64,000 nucleotides of DNA from contig CAVUQF010000003.1 of NCBI GenBank assembly GCA_963743615.1, positions 132,944 to 196,943 on the forward strand, in the 5' to 3' direction. How positions within the stretch are numbered: position 1 is the first letter of the stretch; each line of letters starts with the position of its first letter. The DNA is from an uncultured Nanoarchaeota archaeon (GTDB lineage Archaea > Nanobdellota > Nanobdellia > Pacearchaeales > GW2011-AR1). This document shows, piece by piece, positions 27,355 to 36,632 of the stretch. The translations under genes and the position numbers were made by a program. Below the pieces are notes generated by a model. That model saw nothing but the letters and a program-made list of their open reading frames with translations, did no database searches and was not told where the DNA came from.

Positions 27355-28203
27355 ATGAAAAAGAATATATCTGTGATGGTCTTTTTGGCCTTGTTTTTGT
27401 CATTATCTTTTGTAAGTTCTTGCACTTTAGCTCCTACCCTTATTAATCAGGATCCTTATCCTGCCGTTCCCGGGGATTATGTCCGTTTAGTTTTTCAGGT
27501 TACTGGGATGAGCGATACCAGTTGTGGAAATGCGACTTTTCAGCTTCTTCCGGATTATCCGATTTCATTTGATCCCGGAGTAAGTTCTTATTACACCGCA
27601 GCCGGGGGAGTTTATGCAACGAATTACAACTCTTATCTTACGATTCCTTACACTGTAAGAGTTGATCCCAATGCAATCAAAGGAAATGACACGGTTTATT
27701 TCCAATATACCATCTCTAATTCGAATCCTAATGCCATTATAGTGCCATTTAATCTTTCCGTCCAGGATGTGAGAAGCAATTTTAGTGTTTTTGTAGAAAA
27801 CTATGATTATGCAACGAAGGATTTGACTCTTAACATTTTGAATACTGCGCAGAATGATGCTAATTCTGTTACAGTTTCGATCCCCTCTGGTCAGCAGAAT
27901 ATAACTGTGCAAGGTCCGAGCACGTATATAATCGGGCTTCTCTCCTCTAATGATTATACTACCGCAGATTTTAACGTGTTGCCCAATAAAGGAAATTTGA
28001 ATATGGTAATTTCTTATAATGATATAACAGGTGTTAGAAGAAGCGTAGATGAGATGGTTTATTTTGATCCTGCTGCCTTTCCACAGCCAACTTCGACCTC
28101 TCCTTTTCTTTATTTTATTGTTGTATTGATTATTCTTGTAGTAATATATCTTTTTTACAGAAGACATAAGAAAAACAAGAAGAAAAGGCTGCTGAGAGAA
28201 TAA
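27355..28203 (+). CDS. COG1361-like S-layer domain protein with C-terminal TM
   Basis: Signal peptide, QDPYPAVPGDYV, YPISFDPG, SYNDITGVRRSV, TM plus basic tail. Confidence 0.75.
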   Translation: MKKNISVMVFLALFLSLSFVSSCTLAPTLINQDPYPAVPGDYVRLVFQVTGMSDTSCGNATFQLLPDYPISFDPGVSSYYTAAGGVYATNYNSYLTIPYTVRVDPNAIKGNDTVYFQYTISNSNPNAIIVPFNLSVQDVRSNFSVFVENYDYATKDLTLNILNTAQNDANSVTVSIPSGQQNITVQGPSTYIIGLLSSNDYTTADFNVLPNKGNLNMVISYNDITGVRRSVDEMVYFDPAAFPQPTSTSPFLYFIVVLIILVVIYLFYRRHKKNKKKRLLRE

Positions 28204-28208
28204 TAAAT

Positions 28209-29411
28209 CTATTCATATCTTAAAGCTTTCACGGGACTTATTCTAGAAGCGTTTACTGCAGGTACAACTCCTGAAATAGCTCCGGTCAGAGTTGCAAATA
28301 GTATGCATCCTACAAATAGCCAAATTGAATAACTTGGCTGTAGGAACCCTAACCCAACTTTTACTAGTATAAATTTTGCAATTTCTGTAAGGATATATCC
28401 AAGGATTACCCCCATTGTTCCAGCCACAAATCCTAGAGCGCTTGATTCAAATAAGAACAAATTGAGTATTTCAGAATTTCTTGCGCCAATTGATTTCAAA
28501 ACTCCAATTTCTTTTCTTCTCTCAATAACGGACGTTATCATAGTGTTTGATGTGTTTATTGCAGACACCAAGACTGAAATCAAAGCTATGAGTATGATAA
28601 ATCCGATCACAATGTTCAGCGCAGAACTAAAACTATTTATTAAGTCTTGGGCAGATTGAACAAAAAAGTCTTCTTGTCCTTTTTTCAAATTTCTTGATTC
28701 TAGTAAACTTTTGTCAATATTCTGTACAACCTTAGAGATATTTGTTGGATTGGCGCTAGCAATTATTTCACTGTATCCTGCTGTTGTTGGATAAAGCTCT
28801 TTAAAAAAATCTTCCGTGGCATAAATAATAGAATCATCTCCAGAATTTCCAAGTGAGTTGTAAAATCCTACAACTTTTACTCTTTGACCATTAATTTGTA
28901 TCTCTTCATTTACCTTAATTCCATTAGTAAATATACTGTTATCGATCGCAAAATCATATCCCAGAACTACATCCCCTTTTTCTCCCTTTTGCAATTCTCT
29001 TCCCTCATATATTGTTGCTCCCTCAACTTGAGTAAGAATCGGATTTGAAGGGTCATAGCCCACAATCGGAACATATTTTAGGCTGTTTTTATATTCGACT
29101 TGAGAAACTTGTTTATAGAGGCCAGTTGCTTCGTAAACTCCTGAGGCTCTTTCTACAGCAGTTAGGTCCTTATTTGTAAGAGCAAAGGAAGTGTCTATCC
29201 CACTGATGCTGCCTTTTGGTTCTATTATTATTTTATTTGCGGCCGTTCCGGTAACAAACCCGTTTATATAACCGTACAATCCGAGCCCAAAACTTATGAA
29301 AATGAAAATGGTGGCTATTCCAACTAATATTGATATTATTGTAAGTAGACTTCTTGATTTTCTTTTTCTTAAATTTTCAATGGAGTATTTGACAATTTCT
29401 TTACTTATCAT
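28209..29411 (-). CDS. ABC permease, MacB/FtsX family
   Basis: NLRKRKSRSLLT, SVIERRKEIGVLKSIGA, C-terminal SPVKALRYE. Confidence 0.92.
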   Translation of the reverse strand: MISKEIVKYSIENLRKRKSRSLLTIISILVGIATIFIFISFGLGLYGYINGFVTGTAANKIIIEPKGSISGIDTSFALTNKDLTAVERASGVYEATGLYKQVSQVEYKNSLKYVPIVGYDPSNPILTQVEGATIYEGRELQKGEKGDVVLGYDFAIDNSIFTNGIKVNEEIQINGQRVKVVGFYNSLGNSGDDSIIYATEDFFKELYPTTAGYSEIIASANPTNISKVVQNIDKSLLESRNLKKGQEDFFVQSAQDLINSFSSALNIVIGFIILIALISVLVSAINTSNTMITSVIERRKEIGVLKSIGARNSEILNLFLFESSALGFVAGTMGVILGYILTEIAKFILVKVGLGFLQPSYSIWLFVGCILFATLTGAISGVVPAVNASRISPVKALRYE

Positions 29412-30628
29412 CCTCTAATATCCTCCACAGGATTTTGTCTTGCAGCTCTCATTGCAGGTATTAGTCCGGCTATTGAACCAATTAAAAAGCTACCAAACAT
29501 TGCAAAGAAAATTAAAGAAAAGCTAATTTCTGGTTGCGCAGAAGACCCTATAAAACTATTAAGTGCAGCCGTTCCAATATATCCTGTTGCTGCTCCGATC
29601 AGAATTCCGATAATTCCCCCTACCAATCCAAGGAGACCTGCTTCAATAAAGAATTGATAAAAGATGTGCTCATTTCTTGCACCAATTGACTTCATGACTC
29701 CTATCTCTTTTTTTCTTTCCAGAATTGAAGTCATCATTGTGTTTGTTATTCCAATTGCCCCAACCATTATTGAGATTGATGCAATTATTATGATAAATAT
29801 CTGTATTCCGGAGAGTACTTGATTTATCGAATTTAGAGAAGCTTGAGGGGTTGTGACCTGAAAGTCCTCTTTTCCCACTTTGTCATTTCTTCTCTGCCTC
29901 ATAAGATTTTCAATTGCATTTTGAGTCTGGTTTATCAGATTCTCATTTGGAACTTTTACTTCTATTAAGTCTACTTGATTTCCATACCCCAGAAGGTTCT
30001 GCAGATCTTTTTCATTTACTAGAATTGCATCATCAACTATGAAACTTCCCTGATTAGCCAGAATACCCTGAACCATGAAATTCTGACCATTAATTTCTAC
30101 TTTATCTCCTATTTTTATATTTCTTCCAAATCCATTTTTTGTTCCATCCGCCAGATCACTTCCAATTACAATGACCCCTCTATTTTGCTGATAAATTAAT
30201 TTTCCCGAACTTGTTTTTACACCTGTGATTTCATACATATAATTATCTTCTTGCGAATTATCTGGAACAGTCGCCGCATAAGTAAATGTTTCTTTCTGAT
30301 TGTAAGTCATTTCCACTTCACGTATCTCTCGAGGTATCGATGCTTGAACTGAGCTTATTTTTCCTATTGCGGTTGCATCCTCTTGTGTTAAAGGTTTTAC
30401 AACGCCTGTACCTGGAGCACCGAGAGTGATGCCTCCTGCCTGAACTGTTATAACTTCTGTTGATCCTACATTAAATTCAGAATTTACTGCGACTTTCAAT
30501 CCATTACCCAGTGAAATTAACGATACTACCGCAGCAACTCCTATAAGTATCCCAAGAAGCGTAAGCCAACTTCTTATTCCTCTTCTTTTAAGATTCTTGA
30601 ATGCAAGAACAAAGTAATCCTTAATCAT
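29408..30628 (-). CDS. ABC permease, MacB/FtsX family
   Basis: NLKRRGIRSWLT, SILERKKEIGVMKSIGA, NPVEDIR. Confidence 0.92.
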   Translation of the reverse strand: MIKDYFVLAFKNLKRRGIRSWLTLLGILIGVAAVVSLISLGNGLKVAVNSEFNVGSTEVITVQAGGITLGAPGTGVVKPLTQEDATAIGKISSVQASIPREIREVEMTYNQKETFTYAATVPDNSQEDNYMYEITGVKTSSGKLIYQQNRGVIVIGSDLADGTKNGFGRNIKIGDKVEINGQNFMVQGILANQGSFIVDDAILVNEKDLQNLLGYGNQVDLIEVKVPNENLINQTQNAIENLMRQRRNDKVGKEDFQVTTPQASLNSINQVLSGIQIFIIIIASISIMVGAIGITNTMMTSILERKKEIGVMKSIGARNEHIFYQFFIEAGLLGLVGGIIGILIGAATGYIGTAALNSFIGSSAQPEISFSLIFFAMFGSFLIGSIAGLIPAMRAARQNPVEDIRG

Positions 30629-30639
30629 TTTTTATATTA

Positions 30640-31371
30640 TTATTCGGAAGGTAATCTTTTCAGGACTTTCCATGCCCCTTTTATCTTTTCAGTTACCTTT
30701 TCAATCTGCCCATCCTTCAACCAAAAAATTTTTTTTGAGTGTTTCATTGCAATATCTGGGCTGTGGGTTACAATTATTATTGTTTTTCCTTTATCATTAA
30801 GTTCGTTTAGAAATTTCATTACGATATCTCCAGTGTGCGTATCCAAATTTCCAGTTGGTTCGTCCGCAAGAATGACCTCTGGATCATTTGCCAGTGCACG
30901 AGCAATTGCTACTCTTTGCTGCTGCCCTCCTGATAGTTCCGATGGGTAATGATCCATTCTGTTCTCCAATTCCACCATTTTTAGGAGCTCAACGGCTTTC
31001 TTTTCTCTCTCAAACTCATCCTTATCCTGAAAGATCATTGGGAGAATTACATTCTCTTTCGCAGTAAGATTTGGAATTAGATTAAACTGCTGGAAGATAA
31101 ATCCAATTCTTCTTCCTCTTACTTGAGCTAGATCGGATTCACTTAGATGAGAGATATTATGTTTGTCAAGAAAAATCTTTCCACGTGTTGGAAAATCAAG
31201 ACTTCCAATCAAATTCATTCCCGTACTTTTTCCAGATCCGCTTGGACCCATGACTGAGATAAAATCTCCTTCTTTTATGTGAAGGTTAATATCTTTGAGA
31301 GCAATAACTTCGTTTTCTTCACCTTCATTGTAAATTTTCCATACATTATCAAGTCTTATTATTTCATCCAT
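30640..31371 (-). CDS. ABC ATP-binding protein, LolD/MacB type
   Basis: GPSGSGKST, LSGGQQQRVAIARAL, ILADEPTGNLD, VTH. Confidence 0.93.
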   Translation of the reverse strand: MDEIIRLDNVWKIYNEGEENEVIALKDINLHIKEGDFISVMGPSGSGKSTGMNLIGSLDFPTRGKIFLDKHNISHLSESDLAQVRGRRIGFIFQQFNLIPNLTAKENVILPMIFQDKDEFEREKKAVELLKMVELENRMDHYPSELSGGQQQRVAIARALANDPEVILADEPTGNLDTHTGDIVMKFLNELNDKGKTIIIVTHSPDIAMKHSKKIFWLKDGQIEKVTEKIKGAWKVLKRLPSE

Positions 31372-31416
31372 AAGTAAAATAATTTCATCTTCTTTAAAAA
31401 TTCTATTATTAAGAAA

Positions 31417-32706
31417 TTATTCATACCTTAATGCCTCGATAGGACTTAATTTTGAGGCTCTGTATGCTGGTATTGCTCCCGCTACCATTCCAATCAGCAT
31501 GGAAATCAAGAATGCACCGATAACTAACCAGGGATTTATGTAAGTGATAAGAGATGTTCTTCCTAGGGATATTCCTCCAAGCTGACCTATGAAAATGGAT
31601 AGGGAAACTCCTAAAATTGTTCCTCCTATTCCTCCGATTAGTCCGAGCATTCCCGCCTTAAATAAAAAGATCATAAGTATATCTCTATTTTTCGCCCCTA
31701 TAGACTTCATTATTCCAATCTCTTTCGTTTTTTCTAATACTGAAGTAAACATGGTATTTGTTATTCCAATTGCCCCAACAAGAAGAGATATTGCAGCGAT
31801 AGCTTCCAGAAATAACGAGAGCGTGCTTAGCGCTGAGGAGATTGTTTGTTGAAAACTAAGAGGAGAGCTTACAGAAAAATCAACATTGTTCTGTTGCAAT
31901 ATTCCTCTTTCTAACATTAACGTGCTAGTAATACTTGTGATTGTCTGATTTGTTGCACTTGTGTTTAAGATTTCTACTGAGATTGAACTAAAATCGTTTC
32001 CTCCCGTGTCACCTAAAACATATCTTGCGGAGGTTATGGGCATAAATACTTCAGAATCATCCTGACTTCCAGTCTGATTTAGTATTCCAACAACGGTGAA
32101 GATTGTTCCGTTTATAATAACATTTTGATTGACAGACATACCAGAAAATATTGAATTTGCAACATTATATCCTACCACAACGGAATTGGAATCACTTTGT
32201 GTGAGATATCTACCTTCAGATATGCTTACTCCGCTTATGAAATCGGGCCATAGTTGAGTGTTAACACCTTCAATGCCCAAGGTAGAATTTGATCCTAAAT
32301 AAGATACAGCTTTTCTTCCGGAGTATGTTCCCATTACATATTCAACATTTGGAACTGTTTCCAAGATATTTACATCATCGCTTGTCAGATTTTTTGAAGC
32401 TTGAGTTATTTGGTTACCTTTTGTTGTTCCTCCCGAAGAAGAAGGTTCGCCAATTGCTCCTCCTCCCGTCCTAAATGCAACTCCTGCCCCTACTGCTCTT
32501 TCTGAACCTCCTGGCGAGACGGTTATTATATTTGTTCCTAGACCATTTAGTTGACTTGTTAGGCTTCTCTCAGCCCCCTGACTTACAGAAATTATTGCTA
32601 CAACCGCAGCAATTCCTATTACAATTCCAATTATGGTCAACCAACTTCTTAATTTACTATGAATTAGAGTATTCCATGCAAGTTCGAGAGCTTTTCTAAG
32701 TCTCAT
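31417..32706 (-). CDS. ABC permease, MacB/FtsX family
   Basis: SKLRSWLT, SVLEKTKEIGIMKSIGA, SPIEALRYE. Confidence 0.92.
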   Translation of the reverse strand: MRLRKALELAWNTLIHSKLRSWLTIIGIVIGIAAVVAIISVSQGAERSLTSQLNGLGTNIITVSPGGSERAVGAGVAFRTGGGAIGEPSSSGGTTKGNQITQASKNLTSDDVNILETVPNVEYVMGTYSGRKAVSYLGSNSTLGIEGVNTQLWPDFISGVSISEGRYLTQSDSNSVVVGYNVANSIFSGMSVNQNVIINGTIFTVVGILNQTGSQDDSEVFMPITSARYVLGDTGGNDFSSISVEILNTSATNQTITSITSTLMLERGILQQNNVDFSVSSPLSFQQTISSALSTLSLFLEAIAAISLLVGAIGITNTMFTSVLEKTKEIGIMKSIGAKNRDILMIFLFKAGMLGLIGGIGGTILGVSLSIFIGQLGGISLGRTSLITYINPWLVIGAFLISMLIGMVAGAIPAYRASKLSPIEALRYE

Positions 32707-32710
32707 CTTA

Positions 32711-33769
32711 TTATTTCTTCTTGGTACGCTCTGACACTACCCAATCCGGTTCTTTAGAATCTTTCTTCTCCTTATCTTTTTCTTTTACTTTGAGACCGTC
32801 TATAATCTTTTTTGAGTGATCCAGATCTTTTTTTTGCTGCTTCTTTTTGTTAAACTTTACTAACAGACCTACCCCAATAATTATTATTACTGCTGAGACC
32901 ACGATCCAGAACCAGACATTGGTGAATATGCTGCCCTGCTTTTGTCTGTATGCGGCAAAGCCAGAACCGTTTCCATAGATCATTCCAGCAGATGCAGAAC
33001 CAAGTGTTGAATTTATTGATGAAACATAATTGAATGGAACGTTTTCGATTATACTTCTTCTTACTCCAATTGAATCAGTATAATCTAATTCGACTGCCAA
33101 AGTTTCGTTATTACTCCTTGTAACAGGGACTAGATCAAATGTTGCTATTGTATAATCTCCAGAGTTTAGATTTCCTACAATTTGCCCATTTGTTCCAACA
33201 GTTCTAAATCCTGCTTGGTCAGGTATTCTTACGATTAGTGAGTTAGCTGTGTTTTCCCCAGTATTTGCAATTCCAATTGAAGTAGCTGTTGAAGTTGAAT
33301 CTTGTATTACTAGATCAAAATTTGTTTGTGCATCTGCAGTTTGTATATAAAATGCCTGGGTTGCGAAAGTACTACTGCCATCAGGATTATATTCTAAATC
33401 TAACTCGTTGCTCCCTTGGACTGCGTTTTGATCTACTCTAACTTTGTAGTGTAATAGAACGGGAGTTGAACCCAGGTTAACGAAACTGTATGTTGCACTT
33501 TCATTTGGATCCAGCGAGAAAGGATATGTTGGTTCTAGTATAAATGTGGCATCTGGTGCAGATCCAGATCCGACATATTGGGCTTGAATCCATAAATCAA
33601 AATATTCTCCAGGATTTGCAGGATATGGCTGATAGTTTAATTCTGTAACTAAGATTCCGTGTTGTGCAGTTGAATAACTACTGTAATTAACTTGCATTGA
33701 GGGTTGTGCAGAAACCAGAGTTAGCAGAGCGAAAGAAACCAAAACTGAAATTAACAATATTTTTTTCAT
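32711..33769 (-). CDS. COG1361-like S-layer domain protein
   Basis: YQPYPANPGEYF, YPFSLDP, LDYTDSIGVRR, C-terminal TM; paralog of 27355-28203. Confidence 0.75.
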   Translation of the reverse strand: MKKILLISVLVSFALLTLVSAQPSMQVNYSSYSTAQHGILVTELNYQPYPANPGEYFDLWIQAQYVGSGSAPDATFILEPTYPFSLDPNESATYSFVNLGSTPVLLHYKVRVDQNAVQGSNELDLEYNPDGSSTFATQAFYIQTADAQTNFDLVIQDSTSTATSIGIANTGENTANSLIVRIPDQAGFRTVGTNGQIVGNLNSGDYTIATFDLVPVTRSNNETLAVELDYTDSIGVRRSIIENVPFNYVSSINSTLGSASAGMIYGNGSGFAAYRQKQGSIFTNVWFWIVVSAVIIIIGVGLLVKFNKKKQQKKDLDHSKKIIDGLKVKEKDKEKKDSKEPDWVVSERTKKK

Positions 33770-34485
33770 TTTTTTGTTGCTCTCCTATTTTTATTTGAAC
33801 TTTCTCCTATTATCCTGCCATCTTTTATATATATAACTCTTTCTGCATAACTAAGAAGATTTAGATCATGTGTTACAATGACTACTGTTTTTCCCTCTTT
33901 TTTATTCAAGTTTTCCAAGAATGTCATGACAAATTGTCCTATCGTACTATCCAAGTTTCCAGTTGGTTCGTCCGCAAGAATAATTTCAGGGTCATTTGCC
34001 AGTGCACGAGCAATTGCTACTCTTTGCTGTTGCCCTCCGGATAGTTCTGAAGGTTTATGGTGAAGTCTGTCTCCTAAACCTAATTTTGAGAGAATTTCAA
34101 TTGCTCTAGTTCGAGCTGCACCCTCCGGAGCATTGATAATCTCCATAGGGAGCATTACATTTTGCAAGGCAGTTAGATCTTGAATTAGATTAAATTGCTG
34201 AAAAACAAATCCAATAGTTTTTCCACGTAAAAAAGCCAATGAGGATTCACTCATCTTGGCAATATTTTTTTCATCCAAATAGATGGAACCCCATGATGGT
34301 CTGTCTAAAGCTCCAATCATATTTACCATTGTAGATTTTCCAGATCCGCTTGGTCCATTTATGGCAACAAATTCCCCCTTATTTATTGAAAGATTTATTT
34401 CTCTTAAGACAGTCAGTCCTCCGGCCTTCTTTCCCATTTCATATCTTTTCCACACGTCTTCTAATTTTATAACGGGTGAACTCAT
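33766..34485 (-). CDS. ABC ATP-binding protein, LolD/MacB type
   Basis: GPSGSGKST, LSGGQQQRVAIARAL, DEPTGNLD. Confidence 0.93.
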   Translation of the reverse strand: MSSPVIKLEDVWKRYEMGKKAGGLTVLREINLSINKGEFVAINGPSGSGKSTMVNMIGALDRPSWGSIYLDEKNIAKMSESSLAFLRGKTIGFVFQQFNLIQDLTALQNVMLPMEIINAPEGAARTRAIEILSKLGLGDRLHHKPSELSGGQQQRVAIARALANDPEIILADEPTGNLDSTIGQFVMTFLENLNKKEGKTVVIVTHDLNLLSYAERVIYIKDGRIIGESSNKNRRATKK

Positions 34486-34874
34486 TGTGCTCCTCCATTT
34501 CCAGGATAGTTCATCATTGGTCTAAATGACCCATTTGTTGGATACTGAGGAAATTGCAACTGACTGCACAGACTATTGTTTGGACTTATCTTAGTACAGT
34601 AATATCTGCAGTAAATCATATTCTGCTGACAATAAGTCTGCAGAATTTGGATGTTTGAATTATTACTAAAAAAATCTGAAGTCTGGCTCAATGTTTCGTT
34701 ATTAAGGGTAAAATTTCCTCTAATCTCATTAGGAGAATATCTTCCTGAAACATATCTATGATTCATACTACTATAGTATAGAAATGCTCCTACAAAAATT
34801 CCTGCTATCACTACTAATCCTACCACTACCCCAATGATAATCGCTTTCTTTGAAGTCTTCTTATCTTTAGGCAT
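34482..34874 (-). CDS. Membrane-anchored hypothetical protein with Cys cluster
   Basis: One N-terminal TM; YCQQNMIYCRYYC...LC. Confidence 0.65.
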   Translation of the reverse strand: MPKDKKTSKKAIIIGVVVGLVVIAGIFVGAFLYYSSMNHRYVSGRYSPNEIRGNFTLNNETLSQTSDFFSNNSNIQILQTYCQQNMIYCRYYCTKISPNNSLCSQLQFPQYPTNGSFRPMMNYPGNGGAQ

Positions 34875-34982
34875 GTATTAAGTTGATTTATTTTCTTTTT
34901 AAATAAAATGGATTTAGAATCCACTTGTTATAAATATTTAAATATTGGAAGGCTGTTGCACTGAAATATACATGAGATAAAA

Positions 34983-35666
34983 ATGATACTACCCCCACCA
35001 CCGCATATAACTCTCGGAATTGGAGCAGAAATAATTTACTCTTTTATAATAATAGTCTGCAGTCTTATGATCTACTTTGGAACCAAAGAGATTTATGATT
35101 TAAGTTCATACAAGGGGATAAAATATTTCAGGCAAGCGTTTCTGCTTTTTGCAATTGCATACTTGTTCAGGTTTTTTATTGAATTTGTAGTTGTATATTT
35201 CAATACTAATGGAATTTTTGAAGTCTACCCCATTTTGCTTGCATATCTTGCAGTCTTTATTTTCATGTATCTTAGTTCGATTTCCATCTTTTATCTTATT
35301 TACAGTGTTTCATGGAAAAAATGGAAAGCAAAATCAACTATCATTTATTTGTTCCACACTGTTGCGATAATAATTGCTCTGGCAAGCGTCATATTCAGGA
35401 ATGAAATATTTTATGCCGGATTGAATATTATTCTTCTCATTTACGCAGCCTTTGTAATCTACTTTGCTTCACGAAACCAGGATTACAAGTCAAAGAAAAA
35501 TAATTTCTATCTTGCATATATTCTCCTTTTGTTCTTTTGGGTGCTTAATGTTCTAAATATATTTATTCCAACTTTTTTTGATTCTTTAAAATTAGTTGTC
35601 TATCTTACCTCGCTTTGCATTTTTCTTGTTATTTTATATAAAGTTCTTAAGAAATCGGGGGACTAA
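34983..35666 (+). CDS. Multi-pass membrane protein
   Basis: About 7 TM helices; YKGIKYFRQAFLLFAIAY. Confidence 0.75.
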   Translation: MILPPPPHITLGIGAEIIYSFIIIVCSLMIYFGTKEIYDLSSYKGIKYFRQAFLLFAIAYLFRFFIEFVVVYFNTNGIFEVYPILLAYLAVFIFMYLSSISIFYLIYSVSWKKWKAKSTIIYLFHTVAIIIALASVIFRNEIFYAGLNIILLIYAAFVIYFASRNQDYKSKKNNFYLAYILLLFFWVLNVLNIFIPTFFDSLKLVVYLTSLCIFLVILYKVLKKSGD

Positions 35667-35927
35667 ATGGCCAAGAGGGAGAGGCTTGAAATTCTCAGGG
35701 ATACCTTGAGGATAATACAGGAAAACAGGAATCAGATAAAACCTACTATTCTGCTGAGAAAGTCCAAAATGTCATCGCTGAGGTTCAAGGAGTATTATAA
35801 TGAACTGATCTCTCGGGGCTTTTTGAGGGAAAATAGTGATAAGACTATTTCTCTTTCAGAAAAAGGTTTCAGATTTCTTGAGAGATATAAATCTATAATT
35901 GAATTTATTAATGAATTTGAACTCTGA
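35667..35927 (+). CDS. Winged helix-turn-helix transcriptional regulator
   Basis: [12 protein letters not shown]...[12 protein letters not shown]...[11 protein letters not shown]...LSEKGFRFL. Confidence 0.8.
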   Translation: MAKRERLEILRDTLRIIQENRNQIKPTILLRKSKMSSLRFKEYYNELISRGFLRENSDKTISLSEKGFRFLERYKSIIEFINEFEL

Positions 35928-35965
35928 ATCGTAAGATTTTTAAAAACAATTTACTATTGTTAACT

Positions 35966-36574
35966 ATGGTTTATGCATTGCCTAAACTTGGTTATGAGTA
36001 TAATACTCTGGAGCCATATATTGACGGAGAAACGATGATGATTCATCATGATAAGCATCATGCGACATATGTTAAGAAATTAAATGATGCTCTTGTCGGG
36101 CATGAGGAATTGCAGGATAAACCTATTGAAGAGTTGATAAAAAATCTAAATTCTGTTTCTGAGGAGATAAGGACTGCTGTAAGAAATAATGGCGGGGGCC
36201 ATTTGAATCATAGTATGTTTTGGACGATTTTAAAGAAGAATGTAAAACCAAGCGGGGAAGTTTTGACGGCGATTATAAAAAATTTTGGCAGTTTCGATTT
36301 GTTCAAGGAGCAGTTTAAGAAGGCAGCCCTCGGACAATTTGGCAGCGGATGGGCATGGCTGATTTTTAATCCAGCGAATAAGAAATTGGAAATTATGAGC
36401 ACTCCAAATCAGGATAATCCTCTTACACTTGGGAAGATTCCCCTTTTATTGATTGATGTATGGGAGCATGCTTACTATCTCAAGTATCAAAACAAAAGAG
36501 ATGAGTACATAGATAATTTTTTCAACGTTATTAATTGGAAACAAGTAGAAAAAAACTTTTCAAGGGCAGTTTAG
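35966..36574 (+). CDS. sod: Fe/Mn superoxide dismutase
   Basis: [39 protein letters not shown]; ATG at 35966. Confidence 0.95.
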   Translation: MVYALPKLGYEYNTLEPYIDGETMMIHHDKHHATYVKKLNDALVGHEELQDKPIEELIKNLNSVSEEIRTAVRNNGGGHLNHSMFWTILKKNVKPSGEVLTAIIKNFGSFDLFKEQFKKAALGQFGSGWAWLIFNPANKKLEIMSTPNQDNPLTLGKIPLLLIDVWEHAYYLKYQNKRDEYIDNFFNVINWKQVEKNFSRAV

Positions 36575-36632
36575 TTTTTCTGAGCGCAATCTTTAAAAGC
36601 TTCGGATTGTTATGTAGCTAAAAGAGGCAACG

